A stretch of DNA of 64,000 bases, taken from assembly GCF_009914755.1 (NCBI RefSeq), contig NC_060933.1. One strand, written 5' to 3'. Position numbers and translations under genes: made by a program. The notes beneath the pieces were generated by a model. It made no database searches, was not told the DNA's origin, and saw only the letters and a program-made list of their open reading frames with translations. Source of the DNA: the human T2T-CHM13v2.0 reference genome, Homo sapiens. Shown here piece after piece: positions 36,801 to 54,199 of this stretch; the first letter of the stretch is position 1; every line of letters starts with the position of its first letter.

Positions 36801-37824
36801 GATCCAATTTACTTAAGAGCTTCTGCACAACAAAAGAAACTATGGACAGAGTTAACAGACAACCTACAGATTGGGAGAAAATATTTGCAAACTATGCATC
36901 CGACAAAGGTGTAATATCCAGCATTTATAAGGAACTTAAACAAATTTACAAGAGAAAAACAAACAACTCCATTAACAAGTGAGCAAAGAACATGAACAGA
37001 AACTTTTCAAAGGAAGACACGCATCCAACAAGCATATGAAAAAAACTTCAATATCTATCACTAATCATTAGAGAAATGCACATCAAAACCATAGTGACAT
37101 ACTGTCTCATACCAGTCAGAAAGGCTATTGTTAAAAAGTCAAAAAATAGCAGATGCTGGTGAGAATGCAGAGAAAAAGGAACACTTAGACACATTGGTGG
37201 GATGTAAATTAGTTTAACCATTGTGGAAAGCAATATGGTGATTCCTCAAAGAGCTAAAAGCAGAACTGCTATTTAACTCAGTAATCCCAGTACTGGGTAT
37301 ATACCCAGAGGAATATAAACCAGTCTACCATAAAGACACTTGCACATGTAAATGTTCATCGCAGCAATATTCACAATAGCAAAGACATGGAATCAGCCTA
37401 AATGCCCATCAATGACAGATTGGATAAAGAAAATGTGGTACATATACACCATGGAGTACCATGCAGCTGTAAAAAAGAATGAGATTATGTCGTTTGCAGG
37501 AACATGGCTAGAGCTGGAGGCTATTATCCTCAGCAACTAACGCAGGAACAGAAAACCAAATACTGCATGTTCTTACTTGTAAGTGAAGGCTAAATGATGA
37601 GAACTTATTAACACAAAGAGGGAAACAGCAGACACTGGGGTCTGCTTGAGCATGCAGTGTGGGAGGTGGGAGAGGAGTGGAAACAGTAACTGTTGGGTAC
37701 TGGGCTTAATTCCTGGGTGATTAAATAACCTGTACAACAAGACCCCATGACATGAGTTTACCTTTGTAACAAATCTTCACATGTACCCCTGACCTTACAA
37801 TAAAAGTTAAAAGAAAAAAAAAAA
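33820..37824 (+). mobile_element. 5'-truncated old L1PA (PA13-16-like): ORF2, 3'UTR and poly(A)
   Basis: Many ORF2 fragments ([34 protein letters not shown]). TSD aagccaagt at 33811-33819 and 37825-37833. Confidence 0.96.
34763..35066 (+). mobile_element. AluS within the L1PA
   Basis: Full dimer with long poly(A). Confidence 0.94.
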
Positions 37825-38140
37825 AAGCCAAGTCCCTTAAAAAGTCTCCTAAGCCATTTGGCTGGGGAAACCATTTTCTCCTTAGAGACTAAGCCTGTCT
37901 GGAGGGGCGTGAGCTATGTTGGCTGCTTCTCAGGCACGTGCTGCCACGACTTCTTGATTCATTTCTCTTTATCATTCATGAATGAAAAGCATTGGGAACT
38001 CACCAGTGCACAAGCACCTTCTTGAAAACCCAGTATGTAGTCTAAGGCGAGCTAGTTTTGTAAAGTCATTTTAGAAGCTCCAATACCTCATGGATTTATG
38101 AAACAAAAGCTTATATTAAGTTTGAGATGAACTCTACTAA

Positions 38141-39372
38141 TTATTTTTTAAATTATTATTTCAATAGCTTAAGGGGTACAAATAGTTTTTGGTTATATGA
38201 ATAAATTGTATAGTGGAGAAGTCTGGGCTTTTACTGTATCTGTCACCAAATAATTTACAGTGTACCCAAGAGGTGATTTTTTTTTATCCCTCTCCCTTCC
38301 TCTCTGAGCCTCCAATGTCCATTATGCCCCTCTGTATACCTTGTGTACCCATAGCTTAGCTCCCACTTATATGTAAGAACATGCAGTATTTGGTTTTTCC
38401 ATTCCTGAGTTACTTCACTTATGGTAATGGCCTCCAGTTCCAAGTTGCTGCAAAAGACATTTGTGTGCGTGTGTGGCTAAGTAGTATTCCTTTTTGTTGT
38501 TGTTGTTGAGATGGAGTCTCGCTCTGTTGCCCAGCCTGGAGTGCAGTGGTGTGATCTCAGCTAACTGCGACCTCTACCTCCCGGGTTCAAGCAATTCTCT
38601 GCCTCAGCCTCCCGAGGAGCTGGGATTACATGTGCCCGCCACCATGCCCAGCTAATTTTTGTATTTTCAGTAGAGATGGGGTTTCACCATCTTGGCCAGG
38701 CTGGTCTTGAACTCCTGACCTCATGATCCACCTGCCTCGGCCTCCCCAACTGCTGGGATTACAGGCGTGAGCCACCTGGCTGGGCCTGTAGTATTCCATT
38801 TTTTATATGTACCACATTTTCCTTATCCACTCCTCCGTTGATTGGCACTCAGCTTGATTCCGTATCTCTGCTATCGTGAATTGTGCTGTGATAAACATCC
38901 ATGTGCAAGTGTTCTTTATATATAATGACTTCTTTTCCTTGGGTAGATACCAGTAGTGGGATTGCTGATTGAATAGTAGATCTACATTTAGTTCCTTGAG
39001 AAATCTCCACATCGTTTTTCACAGAGGTTGTACTAATTTACATTCCCACCAACAGTGTATGAGCATTCTCTTTCACCACATCTGTGCCAACATCTGTTTT
39101 TGTTTGTTTGTTTGTTTGTGTTTTAACCTTTTGGCTAGGGTAAGACAATTCTGACTAGATGGTATCTCACTGTGATTTTAATTTGAATTTCCATGATGAT
39201 TAGTGATGTTGAGCATTTGTTCATATATTTGTTGGCCGTTTCCATATCTTCTTTTGAGAAATATCTGTTCATGTCATTTGCCCACTTTTTAGTAGGATTA
39301 TGTGTTTTTTTTCTTGCTAATTTGTTGGAGTTCCTTTTAGATTATGGATACTAGTCCTTCGTCAGATGTATC
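38141..39372 (-). mobile_element. L1PB-like 3' end with a nested AluS (38491-38786)
   Basis: ORFs 38803-39012 and 38255-38443 are ORF2 C-terminal/3'UTR. Alu TSD gtagtattcc. Confidence 0.92.
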
Positions 39373-43289
<3,917 letters not shown>

Positions 43290-43290
<1 letters not shown>

Positions 43291-43904
43291 CCCTCCCCTC
43301 TGGGCCACTTGTTGGATTGCAGCCAATCAGTGATGGAGGGCTGGACACAACTGTGGGATGCTGTGATTTGGTTTAGCCCTTGGGGCTAGAGTGCTCTGGG
43401 GTCCACTGTACTTCTGGGATAAAACGCCAAGGCCATGACTCTCTTGCTCATTTACAAACAAAAAATTGAGGGCTAGCTAAACAAGGACAGGGTGGAAGCA
43501 GCTTTCTGTAAGACACACCCACCAGTGTGCCCTGTCAGTTTACCATTGCCATGGCAACACTCAGGCATTACCACCACTTTCAGCAGCAATGACCTGATGA
43601 CCCAAAAGTTACCACCCTTTTCCTAGCAATTTCTGCACAAACCACCCCTGAATCTACATGTAATTAAAAGTAGGTATACATATGACAGCAAAACTGGGCT
43701 CAGCTGCTACTCTCGGCACCCTGCCTATGGGGCAACCCTGGGAGCAGTCACTGAGCTGTGACCCTGCAGGAGCTGTAACAGTGCTGCTTTGATAAAGGTG
43801 TTTTCTTCCACCTTACCACTGGCTCGCCCTTGAATCCTTTCCTGGGTGAAGCCAAGAACCCTTGCAGGCTAAGCACCACTTTGGGGTTCGCCTACCTTGC
43901 ATCA
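43290..43904 (+). mobile_element. ERV1-class LTR (MER41/LTR19/MER48-like group; subfamily and 5' edge uncertain)
   Basis: 'gtttaccattgccatggcaacac'; U5-type end 'gaagccaagaaccc...cttgcatca'. Confidence 0.7.
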
Positions 43905-46900
43905 GCATCAGGTTTTTTTTTTAAACTTGTAAAATAGTTTTTGTGACTCTGTCATGTATTTTGCAGTCATGAACTAACATTTTTTCCCTCAATTGTCAGT
44001 TGCAGTTTCCTCAAAGATCATTATAAATACTCCTTAACCTACAAAGTTTGGCAGTCACAGCCTACTCTTTGAGGAACAGCCTGACTCACCATCAAGTGGC
44101 TCCTCAGGTGGTTTTACTTCCCATGTTTCCCATGTGAGGTACTAAGCCTCAGTGATTCCTGGCAAAACTTGTATTCTCTGTTAGTATTGCGCTAACTTTG
44201 GAGTGAGTTTCTTTTGGTGAGTAATAATTTTAGTCAATGATACTACTGATTATTTTATCTTTTTTTAGGCTTATGATGAATACCTGATTTATGATTAGTA
44301 TGTTTTTCACTTTTACACATTTCAAGGAAGGAAACAAGAACAGACAGAAACACAACATACTTCATGAAACCACATTTTAGCATCCTGGCCGAGTATTCAT
44401 CACTCAGCAAGATAGAGAGACATAAACTATTTCTAGCAAGAATACTTCATAAATGATGAATAGAAGAAAAATAGAAGTCCTAAAAATCTTGCAGAACTGT
44501 CTTAATTTACTAATATATTTACACTGTATCCTAAGTCACTCTCTAGCTTCTTGCTCTAAGCATATGAAATGTAAGAGCTAATGGGAACCCCAGTGCCTGT
44601 ATAAATAACAAGAACCAGCATGTCTTTATTTATGGCAGGGAATACTCTACAACCTGGGACAGATGCCACTCTGCTTCAGTTTGGGGAAGCTCCTCACTTT
44701 ACCATCCTGACGTTGAATAAATGATTCAAAGGCAACCTGATGCAACCTGAGCCACTGGATGGCTTCTGTAAATAAAGTTATCTCACCTGCCATTCATTAC
44801 AGAGAAAACAAGAAATAAGGCACTACATGTCATATTTGTCTAGATCCTATACATATTTAGGTTCACATTAAAATGAAGAGAAAACAACATAGGCTGAGAA
44901 TCAGAAAACCTGAACTCTGTCCCAGCTCAGCTACTGACCAAAGAGAATTAATGAATCGCTTTAAATGTCAGTTTCTTCATTAAGCATCGTAGAGAATGTC
45001 AAAACCAAGTTTACAAATACTGTCATTCCAAAACCACACAACTCAAATATAAATAATCTTTATAAGGTAACAAAAATGTACATAATACTTTACATAAACA
45101 TTTTTAGAATAACTTTATTATAACTCGATAAGCAAAATAATCCAAACCTTTATACATTTCTACAAGGATAGTCATGTATGTCAATTTTTGGGTTTCCTCT
45201 CGTGCCTATTTTGTCTCCTGAGCCGGCCCCTTTCCAGCTGACACATGTGCTCCGTGTTCTCCCACAATAGCCTGATCTGGCCTGAGTCCACGCCCCTGTG
45301 AGCCTCCTTTCTTTGCTTACAACAGCAGCCTGCCTGATGTCAGTTATGGACTATTCTTTTTTTCAGCCTCGTTTCAGGGTCCCCTGCCTCTTAGAGCTGC
45401 TGCTGTAGCTTAGCTAGAGACCCGCTGCTGTTGCATCATGGAAAAGTGCCACATATGTGCACATGTGAAAGAATACGCAGACCTTCATGTTGTGTTTTAG
45501 TTTTAGAAAAAGTCAGAAGTAGCTTCACTTGATTTCAGCTTGTAAAGACATAGGAGGGAGGCAACTGGGAATCACCGTTGCAAAAAGCAAACATCAAAAA
45601 TCACATTAAAATGCTGAAGTGTTGTGGAGCACAAACCTAGCTTTATTGGATCAAGCATTCGTGAGAGTTCTTCTACTTGCTTTGTTATGCTTTCTATCAG
45701 ACAGGGCTCATTCTCTGTCTTTTTTTTAACATATTCATTTTTTTCCTTTGGTCTGTTTAGATTATTATCACATCTTATGTTTTAAAACTAGCAAAATATT
45801 ATGTGTAAGTCATGAAGACAGTGTAAGAAATAATAAAATGAACACTGATGTACACATTACCTGCCTAAGAATAAAAAACTACCCGTATTTTTAGAGTCCT
45901 TAACACTGTCCTGTTAATGAGTCCCATTTCTTATCTTTATAATTTTGCCAAAATAAATGCATTAGTAAAGGACATTGAGCATTATTGTTTCACATATTTT
46001 TCAGTTTAAACAAATGGAATCACACTGAATATATTTTTCTGAAATTGCTTTTTGGTTCAATATTTAATTTGTAAAATTCATTCTTATGATATGTTTGTCT
46101 GTACTTTCTGTGCATTGATTTAGAGTATTCCATCACAGGATAATACTATAATGAGCATTCCATTTTATTAGATTGGGGTTATCCATTTTTTTCTATTACA
46201 AAACTAGATGTCCTTTTCTTGTATGAGTCTCCTGGACATAAAAGGTAGATTTTCTCTAAGGTATAAACCCAACATTCAAATAATTGTGTCAAAAGATTTG
46301 TATACTGTTGGTTTTACTACGTTAAAATGAACTGTTTTCCAATTTATGCTCCCATGAGAAGTTAAAGGTTCTGGTAGATCTATATTCTCAACAATACTTA
46401 ATAGTATCAAACGTTTTAACGTTAGTCAACTTGGTTTCTCATTTGAATTGTAATCTGCATTTTTTAGAAGTACTGAATCAAGGTAAGAATCAAGTAATGA
46501 AAGACTATTATTTTAGTAAATAAAAATGCTGTAAAGACAATAAAGCAAATGAATGTAATCAAAAGTGGAGACGGGCTACTTCATTCTGATAGTCAAAGAT
46601 GGCCTTGCTGGTCATCTGAGTTGAGAGGTGGCTAGTAAGACGAGAAGAGATGTTAAGTAGCTGTGGAAGGGGCCTGCTGGCACAGGGCATGCTCCAAAGC
46701 CCTGAAAAGAGGCAAACATTCTTTCCCTCTAAATACCTGAACTAAGTAAAAACAGTCCTGGCTTTGCACATTTGAATATGCACAGGTTTAATTAACATAG
46801 TTTAGTTAAATAGCACTAGTCTCCCAACAACCTGGTTACAATTTCGGTTACCACCATATGCTAACTGTGAGCAACTGCATAAAATCCAAACTTCATTCCC

Positions 46901-46961
46901 AGCTCTTAATTCCACAAATGCCTGTGTGAGTAAATAACAGACAAGCATCATGATCAGGGAC

Positions 46962-47425
46962 TGTATTAATCTTGTGGGGATGCTGCAACAAAGTACAAAA
47001 AACCGGGTTGCTTAAAACAACAGAAATGTATTGACTCGTAGTTGTGGAGGCTAGAAGTCAAAAAGCAATGTGTTGGTAGGTTCATGCTCTCTGCTGGCTC
47101 TAGGGGAGAATCCTTCTTCCCCTCTCCTTCCTGTTTGGGTTTGCCAGCCATCCTTGGTGTTGTTTGACCTACAGATATGTCACTGCATTTTCTCAGTGTG
47201 TCTTCACATCGTCTTTTGTGTGTGTGTGTCTGGAGCTGTATCCAAATTCTCCTTCACTATAAGACACCAGTTAGTCTATTGGATTAGGACCCACCCTAAT
47301 GACCTCATTTTAACTTGAGAACCTCTGTAAATGTGCTATTTCCAAATAAGCTGATATTATTTGGAGACATTGGGGATTAGGATTTCAAACATATCTTTTT
47401 TGGGGAACACAATTCACTTCCTTCA
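46962..47425 (-). mobile_element. MLT1 (MLT1C-like) MaLR solo LTR
   Basis: 'gcttaaaacaacagaaatgtattgactc..tggaggctagaagtc', 'ggattaggacccaccctaatgacctcattttaacttga'. Confidence 0.85.
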
Positions 47426-48024
47426 AAGCCTGCCAGTGACTGATCAATGTGCATCAGCTAGTTCGCACACAGACAGCAAAGTCTGCAATCGTGTTGATTC
47501 CTTGTCTCCCAGTGAGAAACCCATGTGACATTTATAAATATGAATAATCAGAAGAAAAAACTTGTCAACAACCATTGATGTGCAGCAAAGAAATAAAAAA
47601 TGTGATAACCCTGGAAGTGGATTCAAATACAATGTAAATGGAATCATAGAATTGGCTCACCACAGGAAACGCGGCAAGAGGAACTCGGCGCAACGCAGTG
47701 TTCTGACATAAATGAGGAACGCAGCTGTGATTAAAAGGATGAAGAAGCCCCAGAGGAAGTGATGCCGGCAAAGACAGCAACAAACTTCATATTAAAGGAA
47801 CTCTTGTAGATATTGCATGACGTTGACAATGTTAGATGCTGTTCCGAAAACAGCACGACAGTTCACCAAGGCATAGAAACACTGCTGGTTCCTTATCATA
47901 AGCTATACGACAAGAGGGAGGCAAGCACTTTTCAAACTGGGCTTGATACACGTCTATAAATAAATAAAGCACTTTAATTGGCTGTTGTTTAATGTTTTAA
48001 ATTACAGTGTATAAACTAAGTACT

Positions 48025-48352
<328 letters not shown>

Positions 48353-49079
48353 TTATAACCAACAGTAAGAGATTTTTAATGTTTTGGCCAAAATTTTTAA
48401 ATGACACAGAACAGTCGATGTTTCACATGGATTGTTTAGGTCACTTTACAGATCTTCAGCTTGCATAGTGATTTGTATGGCCCTGCACTGCTGTGCAAAG
48501 AGAGGACTGTCTGTGTTCTTAACCAGTAAGAAGGAGGGCAAGAAAGAGGTTCTCAGCCAGATATTGCGTATGTAATAAAATGATGGGAGAGGGAATAACA
48601 CTTTAGATATGAAATGTACCATGTGGGGAAGCTATTTGAACAACAACAAAATAGCTTAATTTAACCCGATGGAGTACACTCAGCCACCTTCTAGATGTCC
48701 CTGCTTATTCTTCAAATCTTCTCTTTTGTGGCCCCAAAGAATGATTCACTCTCTGGAGTGAAAAATAACCGTTGCTTTCTTTGCCTGGAACTTTAAACTG
48801 AGTTGTGCTGTATCATCCAAACCTACTCAATCCTCTCTTTTCCATTAATCAGTGAGGTCCAAAGGAGCCAAAGACAAATCTCTCCTGTTTTTCTTAGAAA
48901 TGTAAAGATGTTGCATCTGTAACCACAGGCTGCTTTTAATCCTAAAAGTCAGCGTGATAATGAAATCCAGTGATTAATTTCTGTCTTCTAATCAATAAGT
49001 AGACATATCAATTTATAGTATGTTAGAAAGCCTCAACTTCACTGAAACAAAAAGCAAGAGGCTCTGCAAATGTTGGAGT

Positions 49080-49870
49080 GTGCTAAAGGAAAAGCATGGA
49101 CTGATGTTTGGGGAAAGGTTGGTCAATGTGATGAGGCCATCTGTGTTTGCTAATAGTGCTTATCAAAATTAGGTTCCTACGCAGAGACAGAGACCAGGAG
49201 ACAATCCTGTATCCTTCTTGATCCTTATAGTCCAAAGGGATGGCTCCCAAGTCTTTCAGAAAGACATTTCCATGTTGTAGGAGATTTAAAGGGGCAGAGA
49301 AAGGGTTTATAACTGCAGGTTATCTGTCTTTTTTTTTTTTTTTTTTTCCAGACAGAATCTCACTCTGAGCACAATCTCGGCTCACTGCAACCTCCGCCTC
49401 CCAGGTTCAAGAGATTCTCCTGCCTCAGCTTGCTGAGTAGCTGGGATTGCGTGTGTGTGCCATGACGCCCAGCTAATTTTTCTCTTTTTAGTAGAGACAG
49501 GGTTTCACCATGTTGGCCAAAATGTTCTCGATCTCTTGACCTCGTGATCTGCCCTCCTCGGCCTCCAAAAGTGCTGGGATAACAGGTGTGAGCCACCACG
49601 CCTGGCCATTGCAGGTTTTCTAAAGTTAAACCTCTTAGAAATGGGAGGTCAGGGACCTATAGTCAAGTTTTGGGTGGGACAAACAGTAAATTCTTTTGGC
49701 AGAATTGAATGTTCCCAGGCAGGTGCTTTAGAGGGGTATGGGGCATCGTAGGGACGTGGCTCGGAGCTGATAGACACTGTGTTGGAATTTGGCCAAGTCT
49801 CTTAGTGTATGTATGAGGAGGAGGGATGTGCAGAAGAAGTTGTTTGTGCCAAGAATTTATGGTTTTCACA
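49080..49870 (-). mobile_element. ERV1-class LTR (MER67-like) with a nested AluSc (49329-49607)
   Basis: Shares 'ttggcagc/aattg...caagtctcttag...ttcaca' with the LTR at 32500-33255. Alu TSD tgcaggtt. Confidence 0.6.
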
Positions 49871-50529
49871 GGTTAAGACAGTGGTGCCTGGGATCATCTG
49901 CAAGGCATGAGTCAAATGTTGACACAATGATTGTTTGCAGACTCATCTGAGGGCTTAGGCAGATCTGGACCTGTTGATACTGAAGTTTCTGAAGGTAGAG
50001 GAAGAAAACATAATGTCTCAATAATATCTGAAGTAGGGGTAGGAAAACAGAGATTTAAGGAGGTGAGATCCCTTAAGGCCTCAGAAAGAAGCTTCACTTC
50101 TTGCGCCTCCCTTCAGAGTAAATGGGTCATTAAATTAGTTCTTTGTAACCAACCTGGGAATGATGGTGAAGAAGGGAATAATGAGAGGAAAAACTTTAAA
50201 TAAGAATGCCTGAGAGATAATACTAGGTCAGTGGGAGAGAAAGAAATTTCCAAGAAGTTGTCATGGGAAAGGGCTCACGAATAATAAATAAAAAATTAGT
50301 TATTAATAATATAAATTAATATATGAAAAATAAATAAGACATCTGCCAACAGCCACACTTACAGCACTAGATGGATTTTAACTGAATTAAAACTTGAGTT
50401 TTTAATGAATTTTCTACAATCCAAAATTTATTTGTTTAATTTTTGTAACAAAACACCATTTCTTTACTTTTTGCAAAAGTAAAAGTAAAGTGCTATTTGT
50501 ACTTTTTAAATAAAAACTAATTTTAAAGA

Positions 50530-50672
50530 AAAAAATAATTAGCTGGACGTGGTGGCAGGAGCCTGTAATCCCAGCTACTGGGGAGGCTGAGGCAGGAGAA
50601 TTGCACAGGTTGCAGTGAGCCCAGATGGCCCCACTTCATCCAGCCTGGGTGACAGAGCGAGACTCTGTCTCA
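50530..50672 (+). mobile_element. Alu right-arm fragment with an internal deletion and no tail
   Basis: 'aattagctggacgtggtggc...gagactctgtctcaa'. Confidence 0.9.
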
Positions 50673-50939
50673 AGCTTCTTCAGTACTCACATGTAAACTT
50701 CTACTTTCCCCTTCAGATTACAGCAACCATCATGCCAAAGCTATACACTCTCAGGGAATCCCTGTGGATTTCACTGATGACCACTTGACCAACTATTATA
50801 AAAATCAAGGCCAGGGGTTCTCAAACTCTCAACATTTGTGTGCTCATCTCCCCTTCACCCAGAGACTCCCCAGGGCTGCTGGGCCACGCTTTGTTTGGTT
50901 TGACTGGAACATAGCTCGAAAGGGATGGAAATTTCCAAG

Positions 50940-51420
50940 AGGTGTTAAGAGACACATAAATATTTCAAAGATTAAAATGAAAGAAATAAAGAAATGGGCA
51001 TTTGTGAGCTTTGGTCATGAGAATGCAGGCCTCGCAGTACTTAACTACTTCCAAACCCCTGTCCAAAGAGAGGACCAAACGCTAGTGAGGCTTCCGGCAG
51101 CACAAGGGTGTCCCGCGGATGACCCCAGCCCTCTTAAAATGACTGCCTGAAAAAGCTCACTTGCAAAGAAAATTTACTGTTTGTTTCAGGCAAAACCTGG
51201 TGATGGGCAGGTAGAGCCCCGAATCCCCTCTTAGAACCTTAGAAAGCTTGCAATTATAAATTTTTCTCCACCTTTGAAGTGTAAATCTACATCCCAGAAT
51301 TGTCTCCTCAAAGACCTGAGAGTTCTCTCTTTGAAATGCAAACATTCAGGAAGCTAACTCTTGCTCTTGTTGCCAGTTCCTGAGGGAGGGGAAAGGCCTA
51401 GCTTTGGCGAGCACCTTGTT
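50940..51420 (+). mobile_element. ERV1-class LTR fragment related to 49080-49870, in the opposite orientation
   Basis: The reverse complement of 51105-51185 aligns by eye with 49680-49760. Confidence 0.55.
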
Positions 51421-52461
51421 CCAGCTTGCACCTCTGACTCTTTTATTGCCATGAAAATCAACATGTAGACTTTTTTCAAACCCAATGACAGCCCATTACA
51501 ATGGAGGCCATAGCAATGGAGGTCTCTACATGCAAAAAAAATGGTGGGACAGTTTCCTGATAACAGGTCAACTTTATTCCAAGGATAAGCATGTCATGAA
51601 ATTATTGGATGGCAGATTATGCTTATCTATGGTCTTCCTTTTTCTCCTTGGTCTCATCCCAATAACTTACAGATCCTTTAAAGGCAAAGGCCAAATATTC
51701 AGCTAAGTTAGGCATACTTTAGATGCCAATATCAATTTTAGCTATATGGGAGATCCTACTTAAGATATTGAGGACGATCATGTGTGTACAGGGCAAAAAA
51801 GATGGGACAAAGAGATAAGAAGGGGATGGGAAATCACACCCTCCCTCCGCACCACAGACCATGACCTGGGGCAGGTCCTCTAACACCAAGCCCACCCAGG
51901 CCCCATCTAACAGTATGCCGCATTCTACATGACCTCAGAGTTCTTTCGGAATTCCAGCTGAAAAGCTGAAAAGCAATACTATATAGTTGTGGTTTCCAGC
52001 TGGCCCATGTTAGTATGTATAGCTTTTCTTCCTCGCCATGAAAGCACTATGGGAGAACGAAGCCCGATGCTGGGCATGCTTTGCCAGGTGGGTGCTGCTG
52101 AATCACAGACCTCAGCAACTGTGTTCCGCCTCCACAGAGGCCGGAGATGTTTGTTTCCCCAGTGTGTTCGTATATTTCAGCCAGTTTCATGCACTTTGCC
52201 CTCTCAGTTTGCTTCACTTTCTGGCTCAGTGAACCTGACCTGCAAGTCTCCCTGCAGTTTCCCTCAGCAAGTGCTCACTGGGCAGCCCCAACATGTGAGA
52301 AACGGCTGTAGGGTGCACAGAGGTGAACTAAATTACTAAAAACTATTACTTTACTAAAATGCTTCCTGGATTCCAAAACTCACCAACTGGGAGAAAGGTC
52401 AGACACACACGGAGACAACTCATCTACACAAATGATCATCAGTGATTTAAAGAAGGTACAG

Positions 52462-52494
52462 CAGAGCGAGACTCCGTCTCAAAAAAAAAAAGAA
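52462..52494 (+). mobile_element. Ultra-truncated Alu (19 nt + A tail)
   Basis: cagagcgagactccgtctc(A)n with a 13-bp TSD aaagaaggtacag / aaagaacgtacag. Confidence 0.88.
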
Positions 52495-53279
52495 AAAGAA
52501 CGTACAGGAGATCATGGAATAAGAACAAGAAGAGATTACTTTCCAGGGCTCTCAGAAAGTTTCTAAAAAGAGGTGCCATTGACCCTGACCTTAGCATTGT
52601 GATGGAGACATTACAGAGCTGGTAGGAAGGAGAAGAAGAAGGAACGGCTGGAACACACTTGGGGTGAAATGAGCAGCATTTCAGTGTGGGAGCTGCAGAC
52701 TCAGTTTTGGTGGAAGAGTTAAGAGCCAGGATCTTGTCAGGAATAATTCTGTGTCCAAGTGCAGAATCGTGGTTTGCTCCACTACTGCCAGTAACTCCAT
52801 TTCTCAATCATGATGGTGATGCTTTTTTTTTTTTTTTGGCTCCCAATCCCGGAGAGTGGCCATACTGAAGTCACATTACAACAATTAACTTTTCAACTAT
52901 TAGATGATTAATTTTTACCAAGTAGCAAGAACAGCTGTTTGGCACGTAGCAGTGTGGCATGAGTATCTTGTAAATGAATTAAACAAAATATCTCTCCAAC
53001 ACACACACAGTCATTCTTGCTGCATGTCAGCCTCCACTTCTCCCTCCATTATTTGATGCTGTGAAGCTGAGGCAGCCAGCTTGAGCGAAAGCTTTCAGAT
53101 CTCACTCCAACAAAGAGCTTTGATTGATTCATTTAGTATAAGGTGTTTTATCTGGCTAGAGAAATCCAAGCTGAGTTTTATTAATTACTAAGAAAAGTAT
53201 GCAATAGATTAATCTTTGATCAAAACTATGTGTGAAGTAGAAACATATTACACATATGGAGAGCAGTTTTATGGAATAA

Positions 53280-53615
<336 letters not shown>

Positions 53616-54199
53616 TATACATAATTTTTAAAACAGATACAGAATATATAGATAGCTTAACAATTATAAAATTGTATTTATCAAGTAGGTCACGAGGTAA
53701 ACATTTTACGCTATGCAAAAGGGAGCAAACCTCCGAATTTGTCATGCAGGGTCACTAGTGGAACTCACAGCAACAGGTCTGATAAAGCAGAGGAGGGAAC
53801 CGGGCTTCCGTGTGCTTTAGAGAGAGTGAAACATGAGGAGTCACAGGCAGAGAAAACTGTTTTTCAGAAAGAAAAGAAAGGGGACATGACAGCCCAGCAG
53901 TAGGGTGAAGAGGGCCTCTCCGTGGGTGCCGCTGGCTTGAGCTGCTGTAAGTGGCTGTGCCGGGAACAGAGGATCTGTATAGGAGAATGGGGAAGGGAGT
54001 GCTGGAACCGGGGGTGGGCAGGAGCAGCAGTCTGGAGACCAGAATGACCTAGGGTTTCCTCTCATGCTCCCATTCCCAGTGTTTCACGTGTGTAAAGTAG
54101 CAAGCATGCATATACTGCTTAGAGGCATCTACACTTAACATACTACACTCATATACAACACTTGCATCGTACAAAGTACACATAGTAGGTGTGGCATGT

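Noticed and set aside
33820-37824. Active L1 or intact reverse transcriptase
   Set aside because: 5'-truncated, with many stops and frameshifts, an Alu insertion and an internal deletion near 36067.
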